From positions 20,462 to 84,461 of IMG/VR virus record IMGVR_UViG_3300034284_001491: a stretch of DNA of 64,000 nucleotides; one strand, written 5' to 3'. Below are positions 1-10,692 of this stretch, piece after piece. Under the pieces are notes generated by a model that did not search any database, was not told the DNA's origin, and worked only from the letters and a program-made list of their open reading frames with translations. The translations under genes and the position numbers were made by a program. The stretch is from a virus. Each line of letters opens with the position of its first letter. The first letter of the stretch is position 1.

Positions 1-1
1 T

Positions 2-139
2 GCCGATAGAGAAAAAGCAAATATTAAACGTGAAGAACTTAGTGTTAAAAGAGAAATTGCAGATAAACAATTACAAATAGCAAGAGAGAATAAGAATAAG
101 TACGATGATAAAAAATCTACTAGCAAAAAGAAAGGTTGA
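2..139 (+). CDS. C-terminal end of probable portal protein (partial; begins before window)
   Basis: Open frame from base 2: ADREKANIKREELSVKREIADKQLQIARENKNKYDDKKSTSKKKG*, TGA at 137-139. The coiled tail with ARENKNKYD and the position ahead of scaffold-MCP fit crAss-like portal synteny. Confidence 0.6.
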   Translation, partial: ADREKANIKREELSVKREIADKQLQIARENKNKYDDKKSTSKKKG

Positions 140-347
140 CAAAAAACAGTCAAATAATAATTGGGTCACAATAATATTAGTGGATGATTCAATTAATGAA
201 TTTTGCTTGGAAGATATACCGAATGATACCACTAAAATGAATTTCTTAGAACTAAAAGAATATTTAGAAAAAAATAGTTATAGTTTAAGAAAATCAAAAG
301 GAAAAAATATAGCGATATATTTAGCTTTTAAAGAAAAAAATAAGTGA
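105..347 (+). CDS. Hypothetical protein (80 aa; start uncertain)
   Basis: ORF fills the gap between the portal end and the next gene and overlaps the portal stop by 35 nt. No motif recognised. Confidence 0.4.
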   Translation: MIKNLLAKRKVDKKQSNNNWVTIILVDDSINEFCLEDIPNDTTKMNFLELKEYLEKNSYSLRKSKGKNIAIYLAFKEKNK

Positions 348-407
348 ATTTACAACTATTGTAGATTTACTTTTTTTATATTATATTATTATTAAAACCA
401 AATTAAT

Positions 408-1628
408 ATGTCACAAGAAAGCACAATGCAAACAGAAGTTAAAGAAGTGGATGTAAATTTAGATGAGATCTTTGGATCTGCTCCTGGAGCTGAAAGTATT
501 TTACTTCCAGAAACAGAAGTAAAACCAAGTATCTTTTCTTCTCCAAAAACTGATTTAACATTTCTAGATCCTCAATCTAAAACTCAAAAGAAAGAGGAAA
601 AAAACGAAGAATCAACAATCACCACTGAGGAAGAAGTGACTGAACTTTTAGAGTCCACTTTAAATCAGTTGGAAAATGAAACTGGAAAAGGTAGACCAAA
701 AGTTGATAAAAGTGGTTTGGTGGAAACGTTCACTAAACTTATTGATGATGGTCTAATTATGCCATTTGATGATGATAAGGATCTCTCTGATTATTCAGTG
801 AAAGATTGGAAAGAACTTATTGAGGCTAACTTCAATGAAAGAGAAAAAAAGATAAAAGAAGAAACTCCAAGAGAATTCTTTCAAGCTTTACCTCAAGAAT
901 TACAGATTGCTGCAAAATATGTGTCAGATGGAGGACAAGATCTAAAAGGTTTATTTAAAGCATTAGCACAAGTTGAGGAAGTAAGAGAACTTGATATTGA
1001 TGATGAACATGACCAAGAAACTATTGTACGTCAATATCTACGTGCTACACGTTTTGGTAGTGAAGATGAAATTGATGAAGAAATTGATAGTTGGAAGGAT
1101 ATGGATAAACTTGGTGAGAAAGCAAGTAAATTCAAACCAAAGTTGGATAAGATGCAAGAGCAAATTATTGCTCAACAACTTGCAGAACAAGAATATAGAA
1201 GAGAGCAACAGAGAGTGGCTGCAGAAACATATATGGAAAATGTATATGAAACTCTTAAACCAGGTGAACTTAATGGAATTAAGATTGATAGAAAAACTCA
1301 ATCTCAACTTTATTCTGGTTTAGTGCAACCTAATTATCCTTCTATTTCTGGTAAACCAACGAATCTATTAGGACATCTTCTTGAAAAATATCAGTTTATT
1401 GAACCTAAACATGATCTAATTGCAGAAGTTCTTTGGTTATTATCTGATCCAGATAGTTATAAAAATGAGATTAGAAAGCATGCTAAAACTGAAGCTACAC
1501 AAGAAACTGTTCGTAATTTAAAAACAGAACAAGCTAAGAGTAAGAGTTCATTCTCTTCAGTGGAAGATAAAGAAGATAGAAAAGTTCCTAAAATTTCACG
1601 TAATAATAATTTTTTCAAAAGATTTTAA
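408..1628 (+). CDS. Acidic helical protein, probable capsid scaffolding protein
   Basis: Very D/E-rich, coiled-coil-like, short basic C-terminus. Lies between portal and MCP as in crAss-like phages. Confidence 0.65.
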   Translation: MSQESTMQTEVKEVDVNLDEIFGSAPGAESILLPETEVKPSIFSSPKTDLTFLDPQSKTQKKEEKNEESTITTEEEVTELLESTLNQLENETGKGRPKVDKSGLVETFTKLIDDGLIMPFDDDKDLSDYSVKDWKELIEANFNEREKKIKEETPREFFQALPQELQIAAKYVSDGGQDLKGLFKALAQVEEVRELDIDDEHDQETIVRQYLRATRFGSEDEIDEEIDSWKDMDKLGEKASKFKPKLDKMQEQIIAQQLAEQEYRREQQRVAAETYMENVYETLKPGELNGIKIDRKTQSQLYSGLVQPNYPSISGKPTNLLGHLLEKYQFIEPKHDLIAEVLWLLSDPDSYKNEIRKHAKTEATQETVRNLKTEQAKSKSSFSSVEDKEDRKVPKISRNNNFFKRF

Positions 1629-1678
1629 TATAAACAAACAATTAATTAATAACTATAAACAATTAAATTAAATTCAAA

Positions 1679-3295
1679 ATGGCAACACCAGTATTAAACA
1701 ATGGTATTTTTCTACGTGATACCAGCTATCAAGCTAGCTCACACGTAGATTCTTATCACCTGGTAAACATGATGAAAAGTGCAGAACCTATGGATATGGG
1801 TCCAGTTGATATCTGGGCAATGTCTCAAAAGGTTGAAATGCCACTTTATCAAATGTCTTCTTTCGGTGGTAAGAATGTAATTATGGTTGACAACGCTCGT
1901 GGGGAGTGGAAATGGCAAACACCAATTGCTCAAGACCTTCCTTACATTGTTGAAGACATTGAATCTGCAAATGTTACAAAAGGTGTAGATGGACAAACTT
2001 TCCGTATTAAATTGAACAAGCGTGTATTTGGTCACGGTGATATCATCACTTATGATAAATACAATGGTGCTGAAATGTACATTACTGCAGAAGATATTCT
2101 TCCTACAGGTGATGGTTTCATTTTCACTGTTCAACTTGTGAACAATGACAATACTAAGTTTTTGGATAATGCATATCTTGCTTCAGGAACAAAAGTATTC
2201 CGCAAAGGTTCTGCAAGAGGTGAATATGGTGAACGTTTCTCAGATCTTTCTACTAGTTCAGGATTCCGTGAATTCTATAACTATGTAGGTGGTGCAGAAG
2301 CTCACGTACACTATTCAATTTCATCTAGAGCAGATTTAATGATCAAAGGTGGTTTGAATGCTGATGGTACTGTACCTGTAACAGAAATCTGGAGAAACTT
2401 TGATAACAATGTTGATCCTTCTGTAACTTCATTGGAATCAATGGTAGCTAAAATGGGTAAAGATTATGCAAAAAGAGCTATGGAAAATGGTTCTCTTAGC
2501 CGCACTTTCTTAACTCGTCTTGAAGCTGCTCACCTTAGCAAAGTTGCTAATGACATTGAAACTTACTTGATGTGGGGTCATGGTGGTAAGATTAAGCAAG
2601 ATGGTCCAGATGATATGCGTTTATCTGTAGGTCTTTGGAAACAACTTGATAACTCTTTCAAGCGTATCTACAATAAAGCATCTTTCAATCTTGATGTATT
2701 CCGTAATGAAATTTATAACTTCTATAACGGTAAAGTTGAATTTAAAGGACCAGATCCTCAGCGTCAACTTATTGTACAAACCGGTATGGGTGGTATGAAA
2801 CTAGTTAATGAAGCAATTAAGAGAGAAGCAGTTAATTCTGGTCTAGTTATTCAAGCTTCTGATATTGGAGCTATCACTGGAAAAGGAATGGATCTTAATT
2901 TTGGTTTTGCTTACACTTCTTACGTTATTCCATTCTTGGCTAACGTTAAGTTTGTACTTAACCCTGCTTTTGATAACATCCACACTAATGACATTGAAAA
3001 CCCAATTATTGATGGTTATCCTTTGTCTTCATATAACTTTATCGTATTTGATATCACTGATAACACTAATGACAATATCTTCTTGTTGAAATTGTCTTGG
3101 GATAATCAATTGAAGTGGTGGTATCAGAACGGTACTATGGATTATATGGGTAGATCACAAGGTTTCCAATCTTCTGGTCAATTCAATGGTTACCGTGTAA
3201 TGATGACACAAACAATGCCTGCAGTATGGGTAAAAGACCCAACTAAAGTGTTGAAGATTGTTATGAAGAATCCTATTACTGGAGGATCATTCTAA
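1679..3295 (+). CDS. Major capsid protein (crAss-like, HK97 fold)
   Basis: 538 aa with biased, highly expressed codon usage (cgt, aac, ttc, ggt), followed by a strong terminator. Size, sequence character and synteny match crAss-like MCPs. Confidence 0.85.
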   Translation: MATPVLNNGIFLRDTSYQASSHVDSYHLVNMMKSAEPMDMGPVDIWAMSQKVEMPLYQMSSFGGKNVIMVDNARGEWKWQTPIAQDLPYIVEDIESANVTKGVDGQTFRIKLNKRVFGHGDIITYDKYNGAEMYITAEDILPTGDGFIFTVQLVNNDNTKFLDNAYLASGTKVFRKGSARGEYGERFSDLSTSSGFREFYNYVGGAEAHVHYSISSRADLMIKGGLNADGTVPVTEIWRNFDNNVDPSVTSLESMVAKMGKDYAKRAMENGSLSRTFLTRLEAAHLSKVANDIETYLMWGHGGKIKQDGPDDMRLSVGLWKQLDNSFKRIYNKASFNLDVFRNEIYNFYNGKVEFKGPDPQRQLIVQTGMGGMKLVNEAIKREAVNSGLVIQASDIGAITGKGMDLNFGFAYTSYVIPFLANVKFVLNPAFDNIHTNDIENPIIDGYPLSSYNFIVFDITDNTNDNIFLLKLSWDNQLKWWYQNGTMDYMGRSQGFQSSGQFNGYRVMMTQTMPAVWVKDPTKVLKIVMKNPITGGSF

Positions 3296-3309
3296 TCTAA
3301 ATGATAACT

Positions 3310-3342
3310 ATCTAGGGGGTGTAATAGCCCCCTAGATTTTTT
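3310..3342 (+). terminator. Rho-independent terminator after MCP
   Basis: atctagggggt-gtaata-gccccctagat stem-loop followed by a T run. Confidence 0.85.
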
Positions 3343-3355
3343 ATCTAAATATTTT

Positions 3356-3363
3356 TACATTTG
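3356..3363 (+). promoter_or_regulatory. Putative Bacteroidota housekeeping-sigma -7 element (TAnnTTTG)
   Basis: tacatttg directly after the terminator and about 25 nt upstream of ATG 3388. Confidence 0.5.
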
Positions 3364-3387
3364 CTAATAAACTAAAACCAAAATAAA

Positions 3388-4404
3388 ATGAGTGAAATAA
3401 CAATGGTGGAAAAGTATCAGACTAATAAGTCTAGTGCTATCTCAATTAAACCCTACTTTGATTCAAGTATATCAAATATGGGATTAGAAAAATATGGAAT
3501 GAATGTTTTTGAAGGAGTATTCCATGAAGAACAATTAACCTGTATAGAAGTAAATGGTATTAAGAGATATGTTACAGGTTTAAATGAATTTGCTCCAGAA
3601 GTCAAATTACTTCCAGAATCTGAAAAAGAAGCAAAAATTAAACAGATTAGAGCAATAGTAGCAGAACTTGAAAGAGAGTTAGCTGCTAATGTTATTGAAA
3701 CTGATGATAAAGAATTTTGGAATAAAGTAAAACTTCTTAAACCAGATAATCATTCTTTTTGGGAAAAGATTACTATTAGAGTGGGAAATGAACCCACCTT
3801 TTTAGATCCTAAAAAAGATCCTTATGATTTAATTAAATTGTATGCAATAGAAGCAGGTGCGTTTTCTCTAATTGCTAAAAGTTATGAAGCAGCAAAAAGA
3901 ATGGCTAAACCACCTAAGTTCTACTTAGATAGAATTGAATCTACAGTTAGTACAAAAACTGAATATAAGAAACTACGTAATAAAGCACTTGGAGAACTTC
4001 AAAAGATGTTTGATAAAAACACTAATAAGTTATTCTTAGTAGCTAAGATAGTAGATATGGATTCAATCCAATATAGAAAGTCTACACCAAATGATATTCT
4101 ATTTGAAAATATGGATAGACATATTAATGGTGAAGGTTCTGAAGATAACAAGAAAAGAGCAGCAGAAAGATTCTTAGAAGTTGCTGCAATGGATATGGAA
4201 ACTTTAAAACTTAAATCACTTGTTAAGGATGCAAACTATCATAAAGTAATTGTTTCAAAATCTGATGGATTTATTTATCATATTGAAAGTAGTACTATGT
4301 TAGGACGTAATCAAACAGATGTTGTAGAGTTTTTAAGAAATCCATTGAATGACCAGATTCTTTTAGACATCACTAAAAAAGTTGAAAAATACTGGAATTC
4401 TTAA
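3388..4404 (+). CDS. Conserved crAss-like protein downstream of MCP, function unknown
   Basis: 338-aa ORF in the conserved post-MCP position. Confidence 0.6.
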   Translation: MSEITMVEKYQTNKSSAISIKPYFDSSISNMGLEKYGMNVFEGVFHEEQLTCIEVNGIKRYVTGLNEFAPEVKLLPESEKEAKIKQIRAIVAELERELAANVIETDDKEFWNKVKLLKPDNHSFWEKITIRVGNEPTFLDPKKDPYDLIKLYAIEAGAFSLIAKSYEAAKRMAKPPKFYLDRIESTVSTKTEYKKLRNKALGELQKMFDKNTNKLFLVAKIVDMDSIQYRKSTPNDILFENMDRHINGEGSEDNKKRAAERFLEVAAMDMETLKLKSLVKDANYHKVIVSKSDGFIYHIESSTMLGRNQTDVVEFLRNPLNDQILLDITKKVEKYWNS

Positions 4405-4430
4405 TATATTATATATAAATACATTCTATT

Positions 4431-4592
4431 ATGAAAAAAGGTTCCGGGTGTAAAACACCTAAAATGAAAGATGGTGGTTCATTAAAACCAGTTGATGCAT
4501 CTAAGAATCCAGGACTTTCTAAACTTCCTACAGAAGTAAGAAATAAAATGGGTTATGCTAAAAAAGGTGGATCTGTAAAAAAGAAAAAATAA
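4431..4592 (+). CDS. Small basic protein (53 aa) with xxGG motifs; not in ORF track
   Basis: Hand translation: MKKGSGCKTPKMKDGGSLKPVDASKNPGLSKLPTEVRNKMGYAKKGGSVKKKK*. TAATG-coupled to the next ORF. Confidence 0.75.
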   Translation: MKKGSGCKTPKMKDGGSLKPVDASKNPGLSKLPTEVRNKMGYAKKGGSVKKKK

Positions 4593-4756
4593 TGGCCACT
4601 AAAAAACATCCTGGCTTTAAAGCCGTACAAAAGAAAATAGCAAAACAACAAGGTGTATCTATGGAATCTGCAGGAGCTATTCTTGCAAGTTCAAGTAGAA
4701 ATGCATCTGCTGCAGCTAAAAAGAAAAATCCCCGTTTAAAAAAAGTAAGGGGATAA
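4592..4756 (+). CDS. Small basic protein (54 aa); not in ORF track
   Basis: MATKKHPGFKAVQKKIAKQQGVSMESAGAILASSSRNASAAAKKKNPRLKKVRG*. Start overlaps the previous stop. Confidence 0.75.
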   Translation: MATKKHPGFKAVQKKIAKQQGVSMESAGAILASSSRNASAAAKKKNPRLKKVRG

Positions 4757-4782
4757 TTATTAACAATTAATTTTTTATAACA

Positions 4783-4941
4783 ATGGCAACTAAAGGAAAA
4801 ATGGGTCCAACTAAAGGACCTAAAAAAAAAGAAATGAAAAAAGAAATGAAAAAAGAAGAAATGATGATACCTCCTATGAAAAAAGGTGGTTCAACACCTT
4901 CTTATAAAAAAGGTGGGTCAATGGGTAAAAAAATGAAGTAA
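4783..4941 (+). CDS. Small Lys/Met-rich protein (52 aa) with KKGGS repeats; not in ORF track
   Basis: MATKGKMGPTKGPKKKEMKKEMKKEEMMIPPMKKGGSTPSYKKGGSMGKKMK*. Ends 3 nt before the next ATG. Confidence 0.7.
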   Translation: MATKGKMGPTKGPKKKEMKKEMKKEEMMIPPMKKGGSTPSYKKGGSMGKKMK

Positions 4942-4944
4942 TAG

Positions 4945-5649
4945 ATGAATACATCAACTATACAGATTAAAGTTAAGCAAAGACTTAACAAGTTAGCTTC
5001 TAATGATTATGATAACATTGAATGCTGGCAAATTGTAGAGGCTTTTAATAAAGCCCAACTACAATGGTGTCGTAGACAATTACATGGTTATAATCTATTA
5101 AAAGAAGGTGACGAGCAATCTAAACGTAGAGTTGATGATTTACAGATTCTATTAACACAAACTCCAACAAATGTAACAGATAGACAATTATTTTTTGAAA
5201 CAACAAATTGGCCCTCTGATTATATGGAGTTTAAAAAAGTGGTGGCATCTGCTGAAAACAATTGTTGCCCTGAACCCAGAAAACTTATGATTTACTTAAC
5301 TGAAGAAGCAAATGTTGACCTTCATTTAAAAGATGAAACTAGAAAACCTAGTTTAGAATGGGGAGAAACATTTGCTACTTTAGTGGGTAATACAATTAGA
5401 ATTTATACAAATGATGAATTTGATATAACTAACTGCTCTATAATGTATTATAGAAAACCAGTGAATATACAAATTCAAGGATGTATAGATCCTTACACCG
5501 GTGTTGTATCTGCAATAGAAGTGAATCCTGAATTTAAAGATGATATTGTTGAAGTTTTAATAGATGAAGCAGTGTCAATTTTAGCAGGAGATATTGAAGC
5601 AGTGATACAATATCAAAGACTTACAAATGAAACAGAAAAGAATAATTAA
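4945..5649 (+). CDS. Probable head-tail ring/adaptor structural protein
   Basis: 234 aa. N-terminal helical pair and a YYRKP motif near the C-terminus, as in crAss ring proteins; synteny agrees. Confidence 0.6.
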   Translation: MNTSTIQIKVKQRLNKLASNDYDNIECWQIVEAFNKAQLQWCRRQLHGYNLLKEGDEQSKRRVDDLQILLTQTPTNVTDRQLFFETTNWPSDYMEFKKVVASAENNCCPEPRKLMIYLTEEANVDLHLKDETRKPSLEWGETFATLVGNTIRIYTNDEFDITNCSIMYYRKPVNIQIQGCIDPYTGVVSAIEVNPEFKDDIVEVLIDEAVSILAGDIEAVIQYQRLTNETEKNN

Positions 5650-5715
5650 AATTTGGATTTTAAATAAAAATCCATTATAATATAATATTGTCTAACAACT
5701 TAATTTTTATTTATT

Positions 5716-6915
5716 ATGGCTTATTTTAATCACGCATTCCAGAAAGTATTTATTGGTACTGCTGGATATCACAACACAGCATCTGAGACCACTGCAGATC
5801 TAGTAACTCTAGAATATGGTCTTTATGATGCTAAAACATTTGAAACTTATACTACAGGTACAAGTTCACCTTTTATTCTAGCATCAGGTTCTATCTATGC
5901 TAATGATAAAATTGGTCCTCATCATGGTGGTTACACTGAATCTAACAAATCCAAAGTTATTAATCCAAGATACATTAATAAATTTTGGAAAGTAGAAGAA
6001 AAAGCATCTGTACAAGCACTCACAATTATTGGTAAAACTGATGATGGAGGTGTTAGTGCATGTGAATGTCCAACATTTTTGTGTGGAAAAACTTATCGTT
6101 TGAGACTTGATATTAAAGGTTCTCCTGCACTTCGTTTCTTAAATCACCAAGTTTACACTACACTTGATGCATATACAGGATGTTGTGCAGATCCAGCTAG
6201 TCCCACTAATGTTGATCCAGTAAGTGTATTTGTACAATGGGCTAAACAAATTATTGAGCATCCTTATCTTTCTCAATTTATTTCTCCTGTAGTAAAATAT
6301 ACTACAGATATTACTGCTGGTTCTCCAACTTGGGAAACCCTTGATACCCTTAAATTATTGGAAGAATATACTGCTGAAACAGGAAGTACTGCAGATTACT
6401 GTGTAGGTCTTGAATTAACCGGTGCTTATGTTGATACAGTATTTGGAAATTGTTCTTTCAAACCCACTGATCATTTTGAAAAAGAACCTATTCAAATTTA
6501 TGCATCATTTGTAGATGACATTAATGATCCTTGTCAACATGAATCTTTATGTGTTACTCAAGTAACACTTGCTAAACAAGGAGAAGGATATGGTGAATCA
6601 GTTATTCGTGAATTAATTGTTTCTGAATCTTATTCTCAAAATTACTTTAGCTGTAATCCACGTATTCGTGAAATTACTCAAGGTGATGCAATTTTTAATG
6701 CGGTTGATCGTACTCTTAAATATGATGTATATTATTTATTGCATAGTGTTCCTCGTTTTAATAATCCAACTGGAACATTTGATAATGATCAATATCTGTT
6801 AAAAATTGTAATTCCTACAGGAGCTAGTGCTTCAGCATTTGAAACAGTAATTCTTGATGCATTAGATGCTGTAAGTAATCCAGTATATAATGGAGGAGTT
6901 GTAGAAATTCTTTAA
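5716..6915 (+). CDS. Abundant structural protein (auxiliary capsid-like)
   Basis: 399 aa, beta-rich, Cys-containing, followed by a terminator; crAss-like position. Confidence 0.55.
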   Translation: MAYFNHAFQKVFIGTAGYHNTASETTADLVTLEYGLYDAKTFETYTTGTSSPFILASGSIYANDKIGPHHGGYTESNKSKVINPRYINKFWKVEEKASVQALTIIGKTDDGGVSACECPTFLCGKTYRLRLDIKGSPALRFLNHQVYTTLDAYTGCCADPASPTNVDPVSVFVQWAKQIIEHPYLSQFISPVVKYTTDITAGSPTWETLDTLKLLEEYTAETGSTADYCVGLELTGAYVDTVFGNCSFKPTDHFEKEPIQIYASFVDDINDPCQHESLCVTQVTLAKQGEGYGESVIRELIVSESYSQNYFSCNPRIREITQGDAIFNAVDRTLKYDVYYLLHSVPRFNNPTGTFDNDQYLLKIVIPTGASASAFETVILDALDAVSNPVYNGGVVEIL

Positions 6916-6940
6916 CTAAGTGCTACCTTAGAATAACATT

Positions 6941-6977
6941 AAAGGGGAGAGAGAGTTTTACTCTCCTCCCTTTTTTT
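6941..6977 (+). terminator. Rho-independent terminator
   Basis: aaaggggagagagag-tttta-ctctcctccc followed by T7. Confidence 0.8.
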
Positions 6978-7004
6978 GTTAAATAAAAATTTGTAAATTA
7001 TAAT

Positions 7005-7535
7005 ATGGAACAGCACAGACTAGGTTTACACATTCCTGATATATTAAATCAATGTGTAATGAAAATTGAAGATGTAAGTGACTATAGTGATTTAATGACT
7101 ATAGATTGTGAGTTATTACAGATTACTCCTCCCGGATTTACTTTTGCTGTTCATTTTAGAGATATCACTGAAGGATTTACAAAGATTATTAATGCAGAAG
7201 ATCTAGAATTAGGGATTGCTGGAGATACTTTACCAGATGGTGTATATGTTATTAGATATAGTGTGTCACCTAATGATAAAGTATATGTTGAATATAACTA
7301 TCTTAGGACTTCAGTGTTTCTTGATAAATATCACGCAATATTGTGTGAATTAGAATTAGCATGTTGTGAACCTGAAAGAGAAATGAAAGAGAAGTTTAAA
7401 GAACTTAGAGATATCAAAATGATGTTAGATGCAGCCAAAGCAAAAGTTGAGGTTTGTCATTATATCACTGAAGGAATGGATCTCTATAATTATGCTTTAA
7501 AACTTCTTAATAAATTTGAATGTAAAAACTGTTAA
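7005..7535 (+). CDS. Structural protein (tail hub/fibre-attachment-like)
   Basis: 176 aa with LPDGVYVIRYSV motif and Cys-rich C-terminus; precedes the fibre genes. Confidence 0.5.
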   Translation: MEQHRLGLHIPDILNQCVMKIEDVSDYSDLMTIDCELLQITPPGFTFAVHFRDITEGFTKIINAEDLELGIAGDTLPDGVYVIRYSVSPNDKVYVEYNYLRTSVFLDKYHAILCELELACCEPEREMKEKFKELRDIKMMLDAAKAKVEVCHYITEGMDLYNYALKLLNKFECKNC

Positions 7536-7547
7536 AACCAAATAACT

Positions 7548-7745
7548 ATGAGTACATGTCCAAATTGCGGTAAAAAATTATCATGCGGATGCCAAAAGAC
7601 AAAAGCATCAGATGGTAGAATTTGTTGTAATAGTTGTGTAGCATTTTACAATAAATCTTTAAGGGATAAAACCGTAAATCCTAAAAGAATGATTTCTTCT
7701 GCTACTGTAACAAAAAGAATAATTGATACTCTAGATGATTTATAA
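7548..7745 (+). CDS. Small Cys-rich (Zn-binding-like) protein
   Basis: CPNC...CGC...CCNSC within 65 aa; coupled to the next ORF. Confidence 0.65.
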   Translation: MSTCPNCGKKLSCGCQKTKASDGRICCNSCVAFYNKSLRDKTVNPKRMISSATVTKRIIDTLDDL

Positions 7746-7999
7746 TGGATAAGAAAACAATAAATATCTATACAAAATTTGCTTCTGAAGTATATAAATA
7801 CTTTTTAAGTAGGCGATATGGTATTGGTAGATGTTGTGATGATGAACTAGATAGATACTACACTAAAAAAGAAAATTGCGATCTGGCAAGTAAAATATTA
7901 CCAGATTATTGTCAGGAAGAAGTGGTTCCTCCTACACCACCAGTTTGTAATGATAATGATTTTAATGATTTAGATTTTAATCCACAAGATTTTTTATAA
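7745..7999 (+). CDS. Small Cys-containing hypothetical structural protein
   Basis: 84 aa, TAATG overlaps at both ends. Confidence 0.65.
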   Translation: MDKKTINIYTKFASEVYKYFLSRRYGIGRCCDDELDRYYTKKENCDLASKILPDYCQEEVVPPTPPVCNDNDFNDLDFNPQDFL

Positions 8000-9108
8000 T
8001 GGCTACACAATCAGAAATACAAGCATTAATAGATGAAATTGTAACTAATGCTAACTATAGAGCAAATCAATTAAGACCACTATTAACTTCAATGCTAGAT
8101 TTTGCATCAGCAGGTCAGACACAAGTTTTTGATGGCCTTGTTGCTAACAACACAACCTCTGCTACAACATTAATCCTAGACTATGGTGTGAATATAATTG
8201 ACACATCTAGCGTAACAGATTATGCGGCTAAGTTACCTCAGCCAGTAACGGGGAAGAGGGTTATTGTTGTCAATAAATCATCATTGCCTATTTCGCTTTT
8301 CCCATCTAACGTGGGAGGGCAAATAAATAATTATCCCGTTGACACACCAGCGATAGTGCCTCCTGATGGTAAAGCTTATGATTTTGTTTGTGTAGAAAAC
8401 CCTCTGCCTGGGGCATGGGTATGGAGTCCTCCTGCAACTAATCAATATGATTCAGGTGATATTGCTTTTACAACTACTACAGATTCTTTTACAAGTTATA
8501 TATGTGCAGCATCGCTATCTGGAACCACATATGCTGAGGAGCGTACTAGTCTATTTAGTGGAACAGGTTTTGCTTTTAATGGATTAAATAGTCCACAAAT
8601 AACCCAAACCACTCCAGCTGCAATGCCTAATTCTAATTATCAGGCAGTTTTTAAACCAGCTACACCTTGGAATGCGATCACTAAAATAAAAGTTTATAGT
8701 AATATTGTTCCTAATTTAGGGGATACACCTACTTTCACCCTTACTGCTAATTCTCTATATAATAATTATGTAGCAGGAACAACAACTTGGATAAGCGATG
8801 GTATTGGGGGTGGAAGTTCTCCGTTTCTTATAAATCCAGTTTTATTAACAAATGTAATAGCTTATACTGGTCCAGCTCCTTCTCCCGGTATTACCACAAA
8901 TATTGGTGATCCAGGTACAGTTTGGGGTGAATTAGTTCTAACTCCAAGTATGTTTTATTACGGAACAACTCCTCTTTCATTTGTTGGAGATCAGTTTATT
9001 TCAACAGATGGTGTTGAAGATATTTGGTTTACAAGATATATATCTGGGTTTTTTAAACATCGAGTTATAGGAAATGTTAAATTCCGTTTCTTCATAGAAT
9101 ATTATTAA
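7999..9108 (+). CDS. Putative fibre/receptor-binding or decoration protein
   Basis: 369 aa, T/S/G/P-rich beta composition, inside the fibre cluster. Confidence 0.5.
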   Translation: MATQSEIQALIDEIVTNANYRANQLRPLLTSMLDFASAGQTQVFDGLVANNTTSATTLILDYGVNIIDTSSVTDYAAKLPQPVTGKRVIVVNKSSLPISLFPSNVGGQINNYPVDTPAIVPPDGKAYDFVCVENPLPGAWVWSPPATNQYDSGDIAFTTTTDSFTSYICAASLSGTTYAEERTSLFSGTGFAFNGLNSPQITQTTPAAMPNSNYQAVFKPATPWNAITKIKVYSNIVPNLGDTPTFTLTANSLYNNYVAGTTTWISDGIGGGSSPFLINPVLLTNVIAYTGPAPSPGITTNIGDPGTVWGELVLTPSMFYYGTTPLSFVGDQFISTDGVEDIWFTRYISGFFKHRVIGNVKFRFFIEYY

Positions 9109-9148
9109 TAGATTAAAAGTTTTTGTATATTATAATATATATTATAGC

Positions 9149-10684
9149 ATGTTACCAACTAAATCAAATCATACTAAAGATGGATGTGTTACAACTTCAT
9201 CTAACTGTGTAATCTGGCAAGGTCCAGATCTTACATGTATTAATTTATGTAAAGGTGATACCGTAAGCGATGTAGTTGCAAAACTTGCCACTGAACTTTG
9301 TGAAATATTAGATTATGTAAATATTAGTGCATATGATTTATCTTGTTTAGATTTATCAGTACAACCAGTAAGTTTTGATCAATTAATTCAGGTAATTATT
9401 ACAAGATTATGTAATGCTGAAACTGCTATTGATAATATTGGTAGTGGAGGTTCTGGTGGAGGTGGAGGATCATCAGTTTGTCCTGATGATTGTTTAATTA
9501 ATTTACCTTCATGTTTACAATATATAAATGATTCCACTGGTAGTTTAGTAATTACTACATCATTAACAGACTTTGTTCAGAAATTAGGTGTTAAAATATG
9601 TGAATTACAAAATACAGTTGGAATTCAAACTGATACTATAGAACAGATTGCTGGTGATTTAGAATCATTAGAAACTACAGTAACTATTATACAAAATTCA
9701 ATTGGTAATTTACCAAATGTTAATATTAATTGTATTACTGGAACTACAGCCACTCAATTAGATGATGCAGTAGAATTAATTGCTACTACACTTTGTGAAT
9801 TAGAAACTACTGTTGAAAATTTAGGTGGTGATGATGTTACACAAGCATTGTTAAATCAATGTCCAGGTTTAAATACATCTAATGTATTAGTGGGATCTGG
9901 TACAATGCAGCAAATAGACGGGTGGATAACTAATCCAACTACTGTTGCAGAAAGTTTATCAAACTTATGGTTAACAGTTTGTGATATTAGAACTGCTGTT
10001 GGAAATATACTTACAAATTGTTGTTCATCTATTTGTAATGGGTTATCAATTCAACTAGAGATATCATATAATTCTATATCTAATTTAGTATCTCTATCAT
10101 TTACAGGTAATATTCCATCAGGATTAACCGCAAACCCATTAAATACAGTATTAACAGTCTCACAATCTGGTTTTGGTGGACAAACTTTATCAATACCTAT
10201 TCAGAATATTATTAATGGTGCTGCATATACATTTACACCTTCTAATTCTTTAAATGTTTTAGCACCATTTAGTATTTCAGGAACATTTTATGCAGACTCT
10301 ACAGAAACTAGTTGTTCAACTTCAGTAGTTAGTATTTATACTCCAAGTGCAGAATGTCCAGTACTTACTCTATCATCTGATTCAAGTACAGTTGATTATT
10401 CATTTACTTCAATATCTACAATAACAAATTATCAAGTTCAACTCTGGAACTCCACTCAAACTACATTAATTAGTGCAACTTCACATAGTGGAACTTCAGG
10501 ACCAATTACTGGAACATTTAGTTTATTAAATTCTGGTACTACATATAAAGTAAGAATTGGATATGATCTTTCAGGTGGATCTAATTATACTTACTGTCCA
10601 TATACTCAAATTTCAACTACAGTGTTAGCTTGTATTCCTGCTAATTCTGCAACTGCAACATTTAATATAATATTTGGAGGATAA
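9149..10684 (+). CDS. Cys-rich tail fibre-like protein with coiled coil and C-terminal FN3/Ig-like domain
   Basis: [12 protein letters not shown]-terminal motif, Gly linker, heptad region, FN3-like '[11 protein letters not shown]'. Confidence 0.65.
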   Translation: MLPTKSNHTKDGCVTTSSNCVIWQGPDLTCINLCKGDTVSDVVAKLATELCEILDYVNISAYDLSCLDLSVQPVSFDQLIQVIITRLCNAETAIDNIGSGGSGGGGGSSVCPDDCLINLPSCLQYINDSTGSLVITTSLTDFVQKLGVKICELQNTVGIQTDTIEQIAGDLESLETTVTIIQNSIGNLPNVNINCITGTTATQLDDAVELIATTLCELETTVENLGGDDVTQALLNQCPGLNTSNVLVGSGTMQQIDGWITNPTTVAESLSNLWLTVCDIRTAVGNILTNCCSSICNGLSIQLEISYNSISNLVSLSFTGNIPSGLTANPLNTVLTVSQSGFGGQTLSIPIQNIINGAAYTFTPSNSLNVLAPFSISGTFYADSTETSCSTSVVSIYTPSAECPVLTLSSDSSTVDYSFTSISTITNYQVQLWNSTQTTLISATSHSGTSGPITGTFSLLNSGTTYKVRIGYDLSGGSNYTYCPYTQISTTVLACIPANSATATFNIIFGG

Positions 10685-10692
10685 AATTAACA

